Assembly (NCBI GenBank): GCA_964529375.1 | Contig: CAZGUQ010000005.1 | Span: forward strand, 1 to 33,785 | Source of the DNA: Candidatus Woesearchaeota archaeon | Lineage (GTDB): Archaea; Nanobdellota; Nanobdellia; Pacearchaeales; GW2011-AR1 | Reading direction: 5' to 3' | Length of the DNA stretch: 33,785 nucleotides | Shown here: positions 25,162 to 33,785 of the stretch, in pieces | Position numbering within the stretch: position 1 is the first letter of the stretch | Layout: the number at the start of each line of letters is the position of its first letter | Translations under genes and position numbers: made by a program | Notes under the pieces: model-generated | Told to the model about the DNA's origin: nothing | The model's database searches: none | Seen by the model: only the letters and a program-made list of their open reading frames with translations

Positions 25162-25836
25162 ATGGCTCTTGCTGATTTAACATCTGAACTTGCAGCTGCA
25201 TATACAGGCTTTCTAGGCACGCTATCCCCATTTTTCCAGAGTTTTATCAATCTTTTTTTCCTTGCCTTGCTTATAGTAATTTACTCTGTCTTCATATGGA
25301 AATTCTACAGGTTTATAGGAACAAGGAACATCTTTGAATTAAACCTCAGCAAATACAATACGGCAGAACATCCTATTCTTGTAAGAATTATTGCCATTTT
25401 CCTCTACCTTATTGAATATATAATCTTGATGCCTATACTCGTGTTCTTCTGGTTCGTAGTATTTACCCTATTCTTAATTTTCCTCACAGAAGAACTTCCC
25501 GTAAATACAGTATTGCTTCTTTCAGTAACAGTAATAGCTGCAATAAGAATGTGCTCTTATATACCGAATTATGGGGAAAACGTTGCAAAAGAGATTGCCA
25601 AGCTTCTGCCATTAACTCTCCTTGCAGTATCTCTTGTAACCCGTGGGTTTCTCGATTTTGAGAAGGTCATAGGGCAGTTAAGTCAAGTTCCCGATTTTTT
25701 TAACCTAATCTTTAATTATCTTTTATTCATAATAATCTTAGAAACAATTTTAAGATTTTTTGGATTTCTTTTCTCTTTCCTTAATCTGGAACCAATAGAA
25801 CCAGAAGAAAAAAGGAAAAAATCAGAAGAAGATTAA
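25162..25836 (+). CDS. polytopic membrane protein, unknown function
   Basis: 224 aa with about 6 hydrophobic helices and an acidic/basic C-terminal tail. Confidence 0.65.
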   Translation: MALADLTSELAAAYTGFLGTLSPFFQSFINLFFLALLIVIYSVFIWKFYRFIGTRNIFELNLSKYNTAEHPILVRIIAIFLYLIEYIILMPILVFFWFVVFTLFLIFLTEELPVNTVLLLSVTVIAAIRMCSYIPNYGENVAKEIAKLLPLTLLAVSLVTRGFLDFEKVIGQLSQVPDFFNLIFNYLLFIIILETILRFFGFLFSFLNLEPIEPEEKRKKSEED

Positions 25837-27549
25837 TCAATCTTTTTCAACCTCTGGATGCCTGCTTCCTCTTGTGCGCATTTCCTTAAGCATTTGAACA
25901 TGCCTTTCTTTTTCTTCAAGATAGCCTTTCTCATCTGTCTTTATTATTGAAAGCATTCTTGCAACATATTCTCCCCCAAGAAAATGAGGAGTTAAAACGT
26001 AGCTTGCCCCTTTCTTATACAAATCCAAAGCATCCTCAATGCTGTGCGCTCTTACAATTATTATTGCTTTCTTGTTTTTCTCTCTGATATTTTCTATTAA
26101 AAGAACATTTGTTTCAAATTCTGGAATTGTTGAAACAGCAATATCTATTTTGTCCAGTGAAATGCTGCTAAGAAGATCTTCATCATCAACATCTCCATAC
26201 AAGCAGGGAATTCCAAGCTTTTCAAGGCTTGCTATTGTTTCCGGATTGTAATCAACAACAAGATATTTTTTCTTTATTTTTTTAAGTGAATTTAGAATTC
26301 CAAAACCTATCCTATTATACCCCAAGAGAATGGCATCAACCTCTCTTTTCTTTATTTTTCTCTCCTTAATGCCTTTTTTCTCAAAAATTACGAGATATTT
26401 TGAAAGTTTTCTATAAATCTTGTTTGAATATATTATCATATATGTGCAGCCGGCAATTGTTATCAGGCCTATAAGAGTCATTAAAGATAAAATCTCTGGT
26501 GAAAGATGATTGATTTTTACGCCAAGCGCTATCAATATCAAGGAAAACTCGCTTATCTGCGCAACAGTAAGCCCTGCAAGAAAATTTGTCTTTTTAGTAT
26601 ATCCAAAAACAGCCATTAAAGACATTACAATTAAAGGATTTCCAATAAGAATCAATAAAGAAAATAGTATGGCTGGAATAATAAGATGGCTTATGTTTCC
26701 CACAGTCATCTGGGCTCCGAGAAGAAGGAAAAATGAAATCAGGAAAAAATCTCTTAGCGGCTTCATCCTTGAGCTTATCTCAAAGCTGTAAGGAGACACA
26801 GACAAAAGAATTCCGGCAATCAAGGCTCCGATTTCAAGTGTAAGGCCCATATAAAAAAACAGGGAAGCGAGTCCAAGCCCCCATGCTATTGAAAATACAA
26901 ACAAGAATTCCTGGGATTTGGCAAAAAATCCCTGAAATTTAGGCAGAACGCGAAGGCTTATGGGAATTAAAACAGCCAGCAACAAAATTCCTTTTATAAT
27001 GGTTGAACTGATCTGGCCTATAAAATCTCCTGATGAAAAAGAAGATATTATAACTAAAATAACTATTGCAACCAAATCTTGAACAAGAAGAAACCCGATT
27101 GAAATCTTTCCATATAAAGCATCTAAATCTCCTTTATCAGAAAGCAATTTCATGATTATAATCGTCGAAGAAAAGCTTATTGCTATTGCTATATATAGGG
27201 AAGTTAACGGTGAAAATCCCATCAATGTCGCAATAAAATAACCAAGAAGTATTGTAAATACTATCTGGCCTATTCCTGTTATAAGAGAAATTTTTCCAAC
27301 TTCTTTTATCACCTTTGGAGAAAGGTGCAAGCCGACAATGAAGAGAAGAAAAGCTATTCCGAATTCAGAAAAAACACTTATTGTGCTGGTTGCATCTGTT
27401 CCAGGAAGAATTCCAAGGAAAAACGGGCCGGCAATTACTCCTGAGATTATATATCCAATAATCAATGGCTGCTTAAGAATTCTCATTACAAGAGACACGG
27501 CAAGCACCAGAAGAATAATCAAGCTTATCTGGTTAAATAAATACACCAT
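25837..27549 (-). CDS. Kef-type monovalent cation:proton antiporter (CPA2) with C-terminal RCK/TrkA-N domain
   Basis: 570 aa. About 390 aa of polytopic Na+/H+ exchanger-type helices, then the Rossmann-like DAILLGYNRIGFGI and a TrkA-like domain. Confidence 0.9.
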   Translation of the reverse strand: MVYLFNQISLIILLVLAVSLVMRILKQPLIIGYIISGVIAGPFFLGILPGTDATSTISVFSEFGIAFLLFIVGLHLSPKVIKEVGKISLITGIGQIVFTILLGYFIATLMGFSPLTSLYIAIAISFSSTIIIMKLLSDKGDLDALYGKISIGFLLVQDLVAIVILVIISSFSSGDFIGQISSTIIKGILLLAVLIPISLRVLPKFQGFFAKSQEFLFVFSIAWGLGLASLFFYMGLTLEIGALIAGILLSVSPYSFEISSRMKPLRDFFLISFFLLLGAQMTVGNISHLIIPAILFSLLILIGNPLIVMSLMAVFGYTKKTNFLAGLTVAQISEFSLILIALGVKINHLSPEILSLMTLIGLITIAGCTYMIIYSNKIYRKLSKYLVIFEKKGIKERKIKKREVDAILLGYNRIGFGILNSLKKIKKKYLVVDYNPETIASLEKLGIPCLYGDVDDEDLLSSISLDKIDIAVSTIPEFETNVLLIENIREKNKKAIIIVRAHSIEDALDLYKKGASYVLTPHFLGGEYVARMLSIIKTDEKGYLEEKERHVQMLKEMRTRGSRHPEVEKD

Positions 27550-27617
27550 CTTTTTTCTTAGTTAACAGGCTTTTTTGATATAAAAAGGTTTTTAAACAAA
27601 TTTTAAATCCTATATCC

Positions 27618-27926
27618 ATGCCGAAGGTAAGAATAAAGCTAAACAGCACAAATATAGAAATGATCAATAATATTTGCAATTCCATCAGAGACTTAGCCAA
27701 TAAATCTGGAATAGCAATATCTGGCCCTGTTCCTCTTCCAACAAAAAGATTAAAGATAACAACAAGAAAAAGCCCTTGCGGAAATGGAACAGCAACGTTT
27801 GATAATTTCGAAATGCGCATCCACAGAAGGCTGATTGACTTGCCAGCAAATGAAAAAGTGCTGCACCATATAATGAGGATGCAGATTCCAAAGAATGTCA
27901 ATATCAAGATTGAGATGAAGGATTAA
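27618..27926 (+). CDS. rps10: 30S ribosomal protein uS10
   Basis: 102 aa. KVRIKL.S........C..I...A...G....GP.PLPTK......RKSP.G.G..TFD.FEMRIH.RLIDL matches the archaeal S10 pattern. Confidence 0.95.
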   Translation: MPKVRIKLNSTNIEMINNICNSIRDLANKSGIAISGPVPLPTKRLKITTRKSPCGNGTATFDNFEMRIHRRLIDLPANEKVLHHIMRMQIPKNVNIKIEMKD

Positions 27927-28135
27927 GAGATTTTCTGGTGCAAATTTATTTTAATATGTAAGAATAGATTTGCTGTAGTAAGAATATATAGAAGTTTTGT
28001 TATATATTAAAAATTTGTTTATTGGGATATCTTCTAAACTATATTCTTAGCAGTCTATATTTCCAGATTCCAAATGAAATATATCCTTCTTCACAGATTT
28101 CTTTATAAAATCATTTTATTTTCAGATAGCATAAA

Positions 28136-28645
28136 ATGGGGCTAAGATTAATAGCAGCAGTTGCACAAGATGATGTAATAGGTTTCCAAGATGGAATCCC
28201 ATGGAGAAAAACAAAGGAAGACAGGACAAGATACAGGGAAGATATGGCTAGGTTCAAAACTTTAACAGCAAATCATCCTGTAATAATGGGGAGAAAAACT
28301 TTTAATTCAATAGACAAAAAATATGTTCCATTAGATAGCGGAAGGACAACAATTGTTATTTCAAAAACAATGAATTTTGAAGACAATCCCGGAATTGTTA
28401 TCTGCAGAACACTCCCTGAAGCAGTAAGAAAGGCAAGCCAGATAAATGAGAATTTTTACTGTGCAGGAGGTCAAACTCTTTACGGCGCGTTAATAGGAAA
28501 ATTGGCAGAAAGGCTTGAGATAACTGAAATCCATAGAAGATTTGAGGGCGATACTTTTTTCCCAGAGATTAATCCAAAAGTTTGGAGAGAGGCTTTCAGA
28601 GAAGATCATGAAAATTATTCTTTTGTAACTTACGAGAGAAGTTAA
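28136..28645 (+). CDS. folA: dihydrofolate reductase
   Basis: 169 aa. LIAAVAQDDVIG..GIPW, VIMGRKTFNSI and CAGGQTLY are typical of the DHFR fold. Confidence 0.85.
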   Translation: MGLRLIAAVAQDDVIGFQDGIPWRKTKEDRTRYREDMARFKTLTANHPVIMGRKTFNSIDKKYVPLDSGRTTIVISKTMNFEDNPGIVICRTLPEAVRKASQINENFYCAGGQTLYGALIGKLAERLEITEIHRRFEGDTFFPEINPKVWREAFREDHENYSFVTYERS

Positions 28646-28712
28646 AAAATGGTTTAAGAAACAGGCTAGTAAGAGTCAAGGTTTAAAAATAGATTTCTTT
28701 TATTTCATTTGG

Positions 28713-28793
28713 GCCCGTGTGGGACAATGGTACTCCACTCGATTGGAAATCGAGGCCTTTACTGGCTTCCAGGTTCAATTCCTGGCACGGGCG
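28713..28793 (+). tRNA. tRNA-Ser(GGA), class II with long variable arm
   Basis: Acceptor GCCCGTG/CACGGGC. 3-bp D stem. Anticodon stem CTCGA/TCGAG, loop TT-GGA-AA. 14-nt variable arm GCCTTTACTGGCTT. T arm CCAGG-TTCAATT-CCTGG. Discriminator G, then TTTT. Confidence 0.85.
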
Positions 28794-28865
28794 TTTTGTT
28801 ACTACAAAGTTAAGACAATATAGAAAGATTTAAATAATGTGTATTCAGATTATTTCTAGATTAAA

Positions 28866-29057
28866 ATGGCATTTTTAGATGACACTGTAGTTTCGCTAGA
28901 ACGTTTATTTAAAGATAAACCAGATTCGTCTGCACAAGTCCCTTGTTTTAATAGAGAAAACTATGAAGGTTTAAGGAAGAGACTTAGTGAAAGGTACGAT
29001 ATAAGCGAACCAAACGTAGATGATTTTTATATGGTCACTATAAGAAGAAAGATTTAA
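28866..29057 (+). CDS. hypothetical small protein
   Basis: 63-aa ORF. No motif recognised. Confidence 0.4.
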   Translation: MAFLDDTVVSLERLFKDKPDSSAQVPCFNRENYEGLRKRLSERYDISEPNVDDFYMVTIRRKI

Positions 29058-29168
29058 TTATAAAAATATCTGGGAATGTAACACTTTTTTTGGGAGTCTA
29101 ACAAAAAGTAAGGGGTGTGGTTGGGGCGTCCTCAAAACCTTTATATAAATCCACAGTCTTATTTCTTT

Positions 29169-29501
29169 ATGATTACCCTGCAGACAAAAGGCTTTGAACT
29201 TTTGACCCAAAAAACAAAAGAGGAATTTCAGAAGTTATGGGGAGAATACTCAGAAAAACTGGGACGCAAGTTAAAGAATATTAAATCTGTAAAAATCCAT
29301 CTGAAAGAATACAGCCCCGGAGGAAAAACAAAATTCAGCATTCATGTTCTTATTACTTATGCTGGAAAAGCAATGGAAGCTGACTGTTCCGATTGGGACT
29401 TAAACAGAACTTTCCATAGAGTTTTTGCCAAGATAGAGCAGGAAGTTGAACACAAGTTTCATGTAAGCGATCAGCACAAAAGAGGGAATATATTTGATTA
29501 G
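29169..29501 (+). CDS. possible ribosome hibernation factor (HPF/RaiA, S30AE-like)
   Basis: ATG at 29169 (MITLQTKGFELLTQKTKEEFQKL...) with tttatataaa about 20 nt upstream. The pattern I-T-x-K-x-x-E-L-T, helix, VKIHLKE, KFSIHVLI, G..MEA..., helix ...FAKIEQEV parallels the beta-alpha-beta-beta-beta-alpha layout of YfiA/HPF. Confidence 0.45.
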   Translation: MITLQTKGFELLTQKTKEEFQKLWGEYSEKLGRKLKNIKSVKIHLKEYSPGGKTKFSIHVLITYAGKAMEADCSDWDLNRTFHRVFAKIEQEVEHKFHVSDQHKRGNIFD

Positions 29502-29558
29502 GTTAAACTAATTGCTAAAACAGATAATCTTTATATATTAATTAATTTGTTGCAAGTA

Positions 29559-30242
29559 ATGGACAGAAGCATTTTTGCAGGGCAAGAGAGAAGAATAATA
29601 GAAAAGCTGAATACTCCGAAAAAGCTTCAAGAATATATAAACAAAGAATTAAGATATAACTTTGAAGAAAATGGAAGTACAACCAGGTCTTTCAGAAGAG
29701 TTTTAAGAGACAAAACAGCACATTGTCTAGAGGGGGCTTTATTTGCAACTGCCATCTTGTACTATCATGGTCACCTCCCTCTAATTGTGTGTATGGAAGC
29801 CAGAGATATAGACCATAATATAGCAATTTATAGAGTAAATAGAAGATGGGGGGCTGTCGCCCAATCAAGAGATTCAAACCTAAAAGGAAGAAGCCCTGTG
29901 CATAGAAAAATAAAAGATCTTGTTATGTCCTATCATCCTTATTACTGGGATTTTTTTTCGGAAGACAAAGATATAACAAGTTTGACAATGAGGGGCTATG
30001 CAAGAGTAGATTTAAGACAATTTGGCACAGGTTGGATAACTTCTGAGCAGAATCTTGACAATATAGAAGATGTCTTATGGGATGAAAAATATCGTTTTTT
30101 ATTTCCAAGAAAAGATAAGCCAAGGTTTTACAGGGTTGACAGAAAAACCCAGAAGATCATATTCTTAAATCCACAAACTTTAAATAACCTTATTCAATCA
30201 ACAAGGCATGGAAAAAGACATCGGAAAGCTCAAGAAGAATGA
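29559..30242 (+). CDS. transglutaminase-like (Cys-His-Asp) fold protein
   Basis: ATG at 29559. KTAHCLEGALFATAIL ... DHNIAIYRVNRRWGAVAQSRD fits the C...H...D core spacing of transglutaminase-like enzymes. Confidence 0.5.
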   Translation: MDRSIFAGQERRIIEKLNTPKKLQEYINKELRYNFEENGSTTRSFRRVLRDKTAHCLEGALFATAILYYHGHLPLIVCMEARDIDHNIAIYRVNRRWGAVAQSRDSNLKGRSPVHRKIKDLVMSYHPYYWDFFSEDKDITSLTMRGYARVDLRQFGTGWITSEQNLDNIEDVLWDEKYRFLFPRKDKPRFYRVDRKTQKIIFLNPQTLNNLIQSTRHGKRHRKAQEE

Positions 30243-30483
30243 CACAACAGATGTAATTGTAAGGCTTGATGATTTCGGAGGAAGGAAAGGCCTGACAATA
30301 AGAGAGTTTGTTACGAGTGAAAGATACACCGGCTTCACAAAATCCGGCGTGCGGATTCCAGTTTCAGATTTTGGGAAATTCAAGGAATTCGTAAATTCAA
30401 TAACAGAGGAAGATCTCAAGGAAGAGGCTTCAGCAACCAACGACCAAAAAACTTTAGATAAAGAAGAAATAGAAGATTATTGA
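30208..30483 (+). CDS. PC4/Sub1-like ssDNA-binding protein
   Basis: 91 aa. VIVRLDDFGGRKGLTIREFVTSERYTGFTKSGVRIPVSDFGKFKEFV parallels the PC4 pattern (..V.EFKG...IDIREY...G...PGKKGISL....W..L). Overlaps the upstream gene by 35 nt. Confidence 0.5.
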   Translation: MEKDIGKLKKNDTTDVIVRLDDFGGRKGLTIREFVTSERYTGFTKSGVRIPVSDFGKFKEFVNSITEEDLKEEASATNDQKTLDKEEIEDY

Positions 30484-30590
30484 TTTTTATCAATTACTTA
30501 TTTTTAATAAGACACAGCCACCACACCCCTAATATCATTGTATGGGTATTAATCATCCTATATTAACTATTTTAAAATTTTTTTGATCAA

Positions 30591-30755
30591 TCAAAGAAGA
30601 CTTTCAAACCAAAGAAATGCCTTTATTATTAAAGAAGCAAGAATAAGAACCGAGCCAAGAATAACATTTCTTTTATGGTGATGACTATGGCTAAAGAAGA
30701 TTAACAAAATCCCTACAATAAAGACAATTACAAGCAGAGGATCATACCATTGCAT
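30591..30755 (-). CDS. possible 54-aa two-TM membrane protein with HSHHH loop (not in ORF track)
   Basis: Hand translation gives MQWYDPLLVIVFIVGILLIFFSHSHHHKRNVILGSVLILASLIIKAFLWFESLL-stop. Confidence 0.3.
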   Translation of the reverse strand: MQWYDPLLVIVFIVGILLIFFSHSHHHKRNVILGSVLILASLIIKAFLWFESLL

Positions 30756-30859
30756 GACTATTCTAATGGATTTTAGTTTTTAAAATTAGTGTTTAAATTC
30801 TAAAACCTGTATAAAATCCTTTTCCAAAAGTTTTTATACCCTGTTTTTCTTGGGTTTTT

Positions 30860-31069
30860 ATGGAAGAAGAAAAAATGGAAGAACACCCGTCTGAAAACAA
30901 GCCAGAGGGTGAAGAAGAAACTTCTGAAAATACCTCTGAAAGTGAAGACGAGGAAACAGAAGAAGAGAAGAAAAAAAAGAAAAAGAAAGAAGAGGAAGAA
31001 GAATCAAACGATTCCTCTTCTGAAAGTGGCCCAAAAAGTGAGCAAGAATCTTCTGAACAATCAGAATAA
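30860..31069 (+). CDS. hyper-acidic low-complexity protein
   Basis: 69-aa ORF, E/S/K-rich (EEETSENTSESEDEETEEEKKKKKKKEEEEE). Followed by a long T-rich tract. Confidence 0.4.
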   Translation: MEEEKMEEHPSENKPEGEEETSENTSESEDEETEEEKKKKKKKEEEEESNDSSSESGPKSEQESSEQSE

Positions 31070-31088
31070 TTTCTAACTTTTCTACTCG

Positions 31089-31119
31089 TTTTTATTTTTT
31101 ATTTTTTATTTTATTTTTT
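31089..31119 (+). terminator. oligo-T tract (archaeal-type terminator candidate)
   Basis: tttttattttttattttttattttatttttt begins about 20 nt after the stop at 31069. Confidence 0.4.
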
Positions 31120-31180
31120 AAAGATGTGCCAATAAAAGTTTTCCAAAAAACTTAAAAACCCTAAATCGTATATAATATAA

Positions 31181-31276
31181 GGTCGAAGAGAAGGAACCGT
31201 CAGTCTAAGCAGATCTTCGGATCGCAATCTTCGGATTGCAGCTTAACTGGTTTCGAACTTCGTCTCCGGCCTTTTT
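31181..31276 (+). ncRNA. candidate structured small RNA (unknown family)
   Basis: Nested helices cgaag/cttcg (31184-88/31258-62), ggaacc/ggtttc (31193-98/31249-54) and agt.taagc/gctta.act. Two adjacent UUCG-capped hairpins gatc-ttcg-gatc (31212-23) and gcaatc-ttcg-gattgc (31224-39). AT-rich TATA-like DNA upstream and T5 at 31272-76. Confidence 0.45.
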
Positions 31277-31333
31277 CATTCTTAAAAGATTTAAATTCAA
31301 AACCTTTTTAACCAACATCCTTCTCATTTTTCT

Positions 31334-33057
31334 ATGAAACTAAAAATAAGACAGCCAATTGTTACGGTCTGCGGACATGTTGACCATGGGAAGACAAGCA
31401 TACTGGACAGGTTAAGGCAGAGTGCAGTTCATAAAGGAGAGGCTGGAGGAATAACTCAAAAGATTTCTTTTACAGTTTATCCTGCAGAAAATTTAAAGAC
31501 AGCCTGTCCTTTAATAGAGCAATCAGGAATAAAATTAAACATTCCTGGCTTTTTGTTAATTGATACTCCAGGGCATGCAGCATTCACAAATCTAAGAAAG
31601 CGTGGCGGAAGTCTTGCAGACTTGGCTGTCCTTGTCATAGACATCAACGAAGGAATAAAACCCCAGACTTCAGAAGTCATTCAAATTTTGAAGCACAATA
31701 AAACTCCTTTTATAATTGCTTTAAACAAAATTGATAATATCCATGGATGGAAGTTCAACGAAAAAAAAGGATTAAAGGGAAATATAGAATCGCAGGCAAT
31801 AAATGCTGCTTCAGATTTCAGGGAAAAATATCTTACTCTTATGGGAAGCCTACAGAATTACGGTCTTGATTCTGACCTTTATTATAATATAGATGATTTC
31901 ACAAAAAAAGTGGCTCTTGTTCCCTGCTCTGCAAAAACAAGCCAGGGAATTCCAGAATTGATTCTTGTTCTTTGCGGCTTAAGCCAAAAATATCTTGAAA
32001 ACCGTCTTACCTTGGGGTCGGAAGGAAAAGGCGTTGTTCTTGAGATAAAAAGGGAAAGAGATAATTCTTATCTTGAATCAATAATTTATGATGGGTCTTT
32101 AAGCAAGAACGACACAATAGCCATTGCCAATCTTGATGGAAAGCCCGTATTATCTAAAATAAGGGTCCTTGAAGAAATAATGCCTGTATCTGACAAGTTC
32201 TCGCCAAAGGAAAAAGTCATGGCTGCGACAGGAATTAGAATTCAGTTAAAAGAAAATGACAATGTTCTTCCGGGAATGCCTTTTGTCGTTTACCACGATA
32301 ATTTAAAGGAAATCGAAGCTCTTTTCAAAAAAGAATTATCAGAAAATATCAAGACAGACAAGCAGGGAATTATTGTAAAGGCAGACAGTCTCGGAAGCCT
32401 TGAAGCATTGTTGATTATATTAAAGCAAAATAACATTCCTGTATTAAAAGCCGGCATTGGCAGAATAAACAAGGCAGATATGGCAGGTGCAAGAGCAAAT
32501 CTGGAAGTTAATCCCTTAGATTCTGTTATTCTAGGGTTTAATGTGGAATCAGAGGAAAATATTGTTTCGGGGGTGAAAATCATTGCAGATGATGTCATTT
32601 ACAAGCTTATTGAAAATCTCATAAAATTCAGGGAGGAAAAAAGAAAAGAGATAGAAAAAACAAGGCTCTTAGGGCTTAGCAGCCTATGCAAAATGGCCTT
32701 GCTTAAACAATATGTTTTTAGGAACACAAATCCGGCAATCTTTGGAGTAAGAGTGGAAGGAGGAAAACTCATACGGGGATTGCATATTATAGATAATATT
32801 GGGGAAAGGGTTGGAAAGATAAAAAACATCCAGCCAGAAAACAAATCAGTTGATCCTGCATAGAAGTGGCTGTCTCTATCTCTGGAATAAATTATGAAAG
32901 AAGAATGAAAGATATTGATTCTCTTTACTCAGATATTTCAGAACAGCAATTCAGGAATTTCAAGAAAAACAAAGACCTTTTATCTTCTGCTGAACTCAAG
33001 ATTCTCCAAGAGATTGCAGAAATAAAAAGAAAAACAAAAATAGATTGGGGAATTTAA
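31334..33057 (+). CDS. infB: translation initiation factor aIF5B (IF2-type GTPase), frame interrupted near 32854-32865
   Basis: GHVDHGKT, DTPGH and NKID GTPase motifs, with domains II-III in ORF 31334-32863. ORF 32866-33057 (VAVSISGIN...LQEIAEIKRKTKIDWGI) is the normal aIF5B domain IV / C-terminal helices, but in the +2 phase. Confidence 0.85.
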
Positions 33058-33209
33058 AATATTAATTATCTCCTCTTCCTTCTCTTTCTTTTTCCTTCCA
33101 ATTTAAACCACACAAACCCAAATTATTAATATAGAAATAGCCCGCTTAATCCACATTTACATCAATTATTAAAAATAGATTTTTATTGTCCTAAATAATT
33201 AAAACTATC

Positions 33210-33785
33210 TTACTTTTTTCTTCTTTTCACATTCCATAAAATTAGCCCAATGAGAACCGCTATAACAACCACCCAAATCCAACTATTGCCTTTGCATTCC
33301 CCGCAAACACCGCCACAGTCTTTTCCAGTCTCGTCATAATTCTTTACATTGTCTTCACATTGCTCCACTATTTCGTAAACGCTGAATCCAGTTACATTAA
33401 ATACATATTGTCCTGTTGTTTGATTGAAAGTCACATTTTGGCATTTTGTATCAGGACAATCAACTCCATCTATTTTGATTATTGGATTTGAAAATCCAAC
33501 TCCCGTAAAAGTCAGCATTGCACTCTTGTTGAATTGCGGTATCAAAGAAGAATTAATCCAGATTTTTTTATCTAAAACTTTTATCCTTTCTGCCAAATTC
33601 AAATCGCTGCTCAAGTTCAAATTTTGCAGGAATTGTATTCTTCCATACTGATTTACAAATTTCACATTTGATATATTTTGCAGATATGTTGCATTATACA
33701 ATGAAAAGTTGATTGTCTCATTTGTATACCAATCATTCCAGTTGTAAGTAAAATCTGGACCATGACTTATTCTAAATGTTATTGT
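33210..33785 (-). CDS. C-terminally TM-anchored surface glycoprotein candidate (N-terminus beyond window end)
   Basis: The frame stays open from 33701 to the window end (…TITFRISHGPDFTYNWNDWYTNETINFS-LYNATY…). Ten N-x-S/T sequons. Cys-rich stalk CEDNVKNYDETGKDCGGVCGEC. TM WIWVVVIAVLIGLILW followed by KRRKK. Confidence 0.65.
   Translation of the reverse strand, partial: TITFRISHGPDFTYNWNDWYTNETINFSLYNATYLQNISNVKFVNQYGRIQFLQNLNLSSDLNLAERIKVLDKKIWINSSLIPQFNKSAMLTFTGVGFSNPIIKIDGVDCPDTKCQNVTFNQTTGQYVFNVTGFSVYEIVEQCEDNVKNYDETGKDCGGVCGECKGNSWIWVVVIAVLIGLILWNVKRRKK

Noticed and set aside
27618-27926. rps10 stands alone, not preceded by tuf as in the common archaeal str cluster.
   Set aside because: Operon fragmentation is common in reduced archaeal genomes. 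The gene itself looks normal, so this is not informative on its own.
32821-32827. A AAA AAC slippery heptamer in the correct phase inside aIF5B, a classic -1 frameshift site, about 35 nt upstream of the frame break.
   Set aside because: After a -1 slip here the new frame hits TGA at 32851-53, before the conserved C-terminal frame opens at 32854. It cannot join the two aIF5B parts.

Overview
This is an AT-rich, densely packed archaeal chromosome fragment. It is best explained as a small-genome DPANN-type archaeon. Evidence: a thermosome, aIF5B, Dph2, uS10 and SerRS; three tRNAs, two with long anticodon-loop introns; and TATA-like boxes about 25 nt upstream of many ATGs. There are about 50 coding regions, with housekeeping genes interleaved with many signal-peptide or TM-anchored surface proteins. 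Highlights: (1) A minus-strand island at 0.1-4.4 kb combines VKOR, DsbA-like and thioredoxin-like oxidoreductases, a membrane-tethered wHTH regulator and a DUF411/CopG-type copper protein. It also holds three consecutive membrane-anchored genes, one missing from the ORF track, that all end in the identical tail GMVGGC-stop. This is my best candidate for an undescribed extracytoplasmic thiol/copper relay system. (2) A 170-bp interspersed element occurs as an inverted pair bracketing 9.9 kb, plus an internally deleted third copy. (3) A secreted protein has a C-terminal third that looks like a bacterial outer-membrane beta-barrel ending in Phe. (4) A compact, strongly structured candidate ncRNA of about 90 nt, with two UUCG hairpins, lies upstream of aIF5B. 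(5) The aIF5B reading frame is broken by a 1-nt phase change. (6) In-frame echoes of a C-terminal heptapeptide follow a stop codon, suggesting possible readthrough. (7) An HPF/RaiA-like ORF is present. I saw no CRISPR array, rRNA, transposase or integrase gene. All protein family calls come from motif recognition by eye, not from searches.
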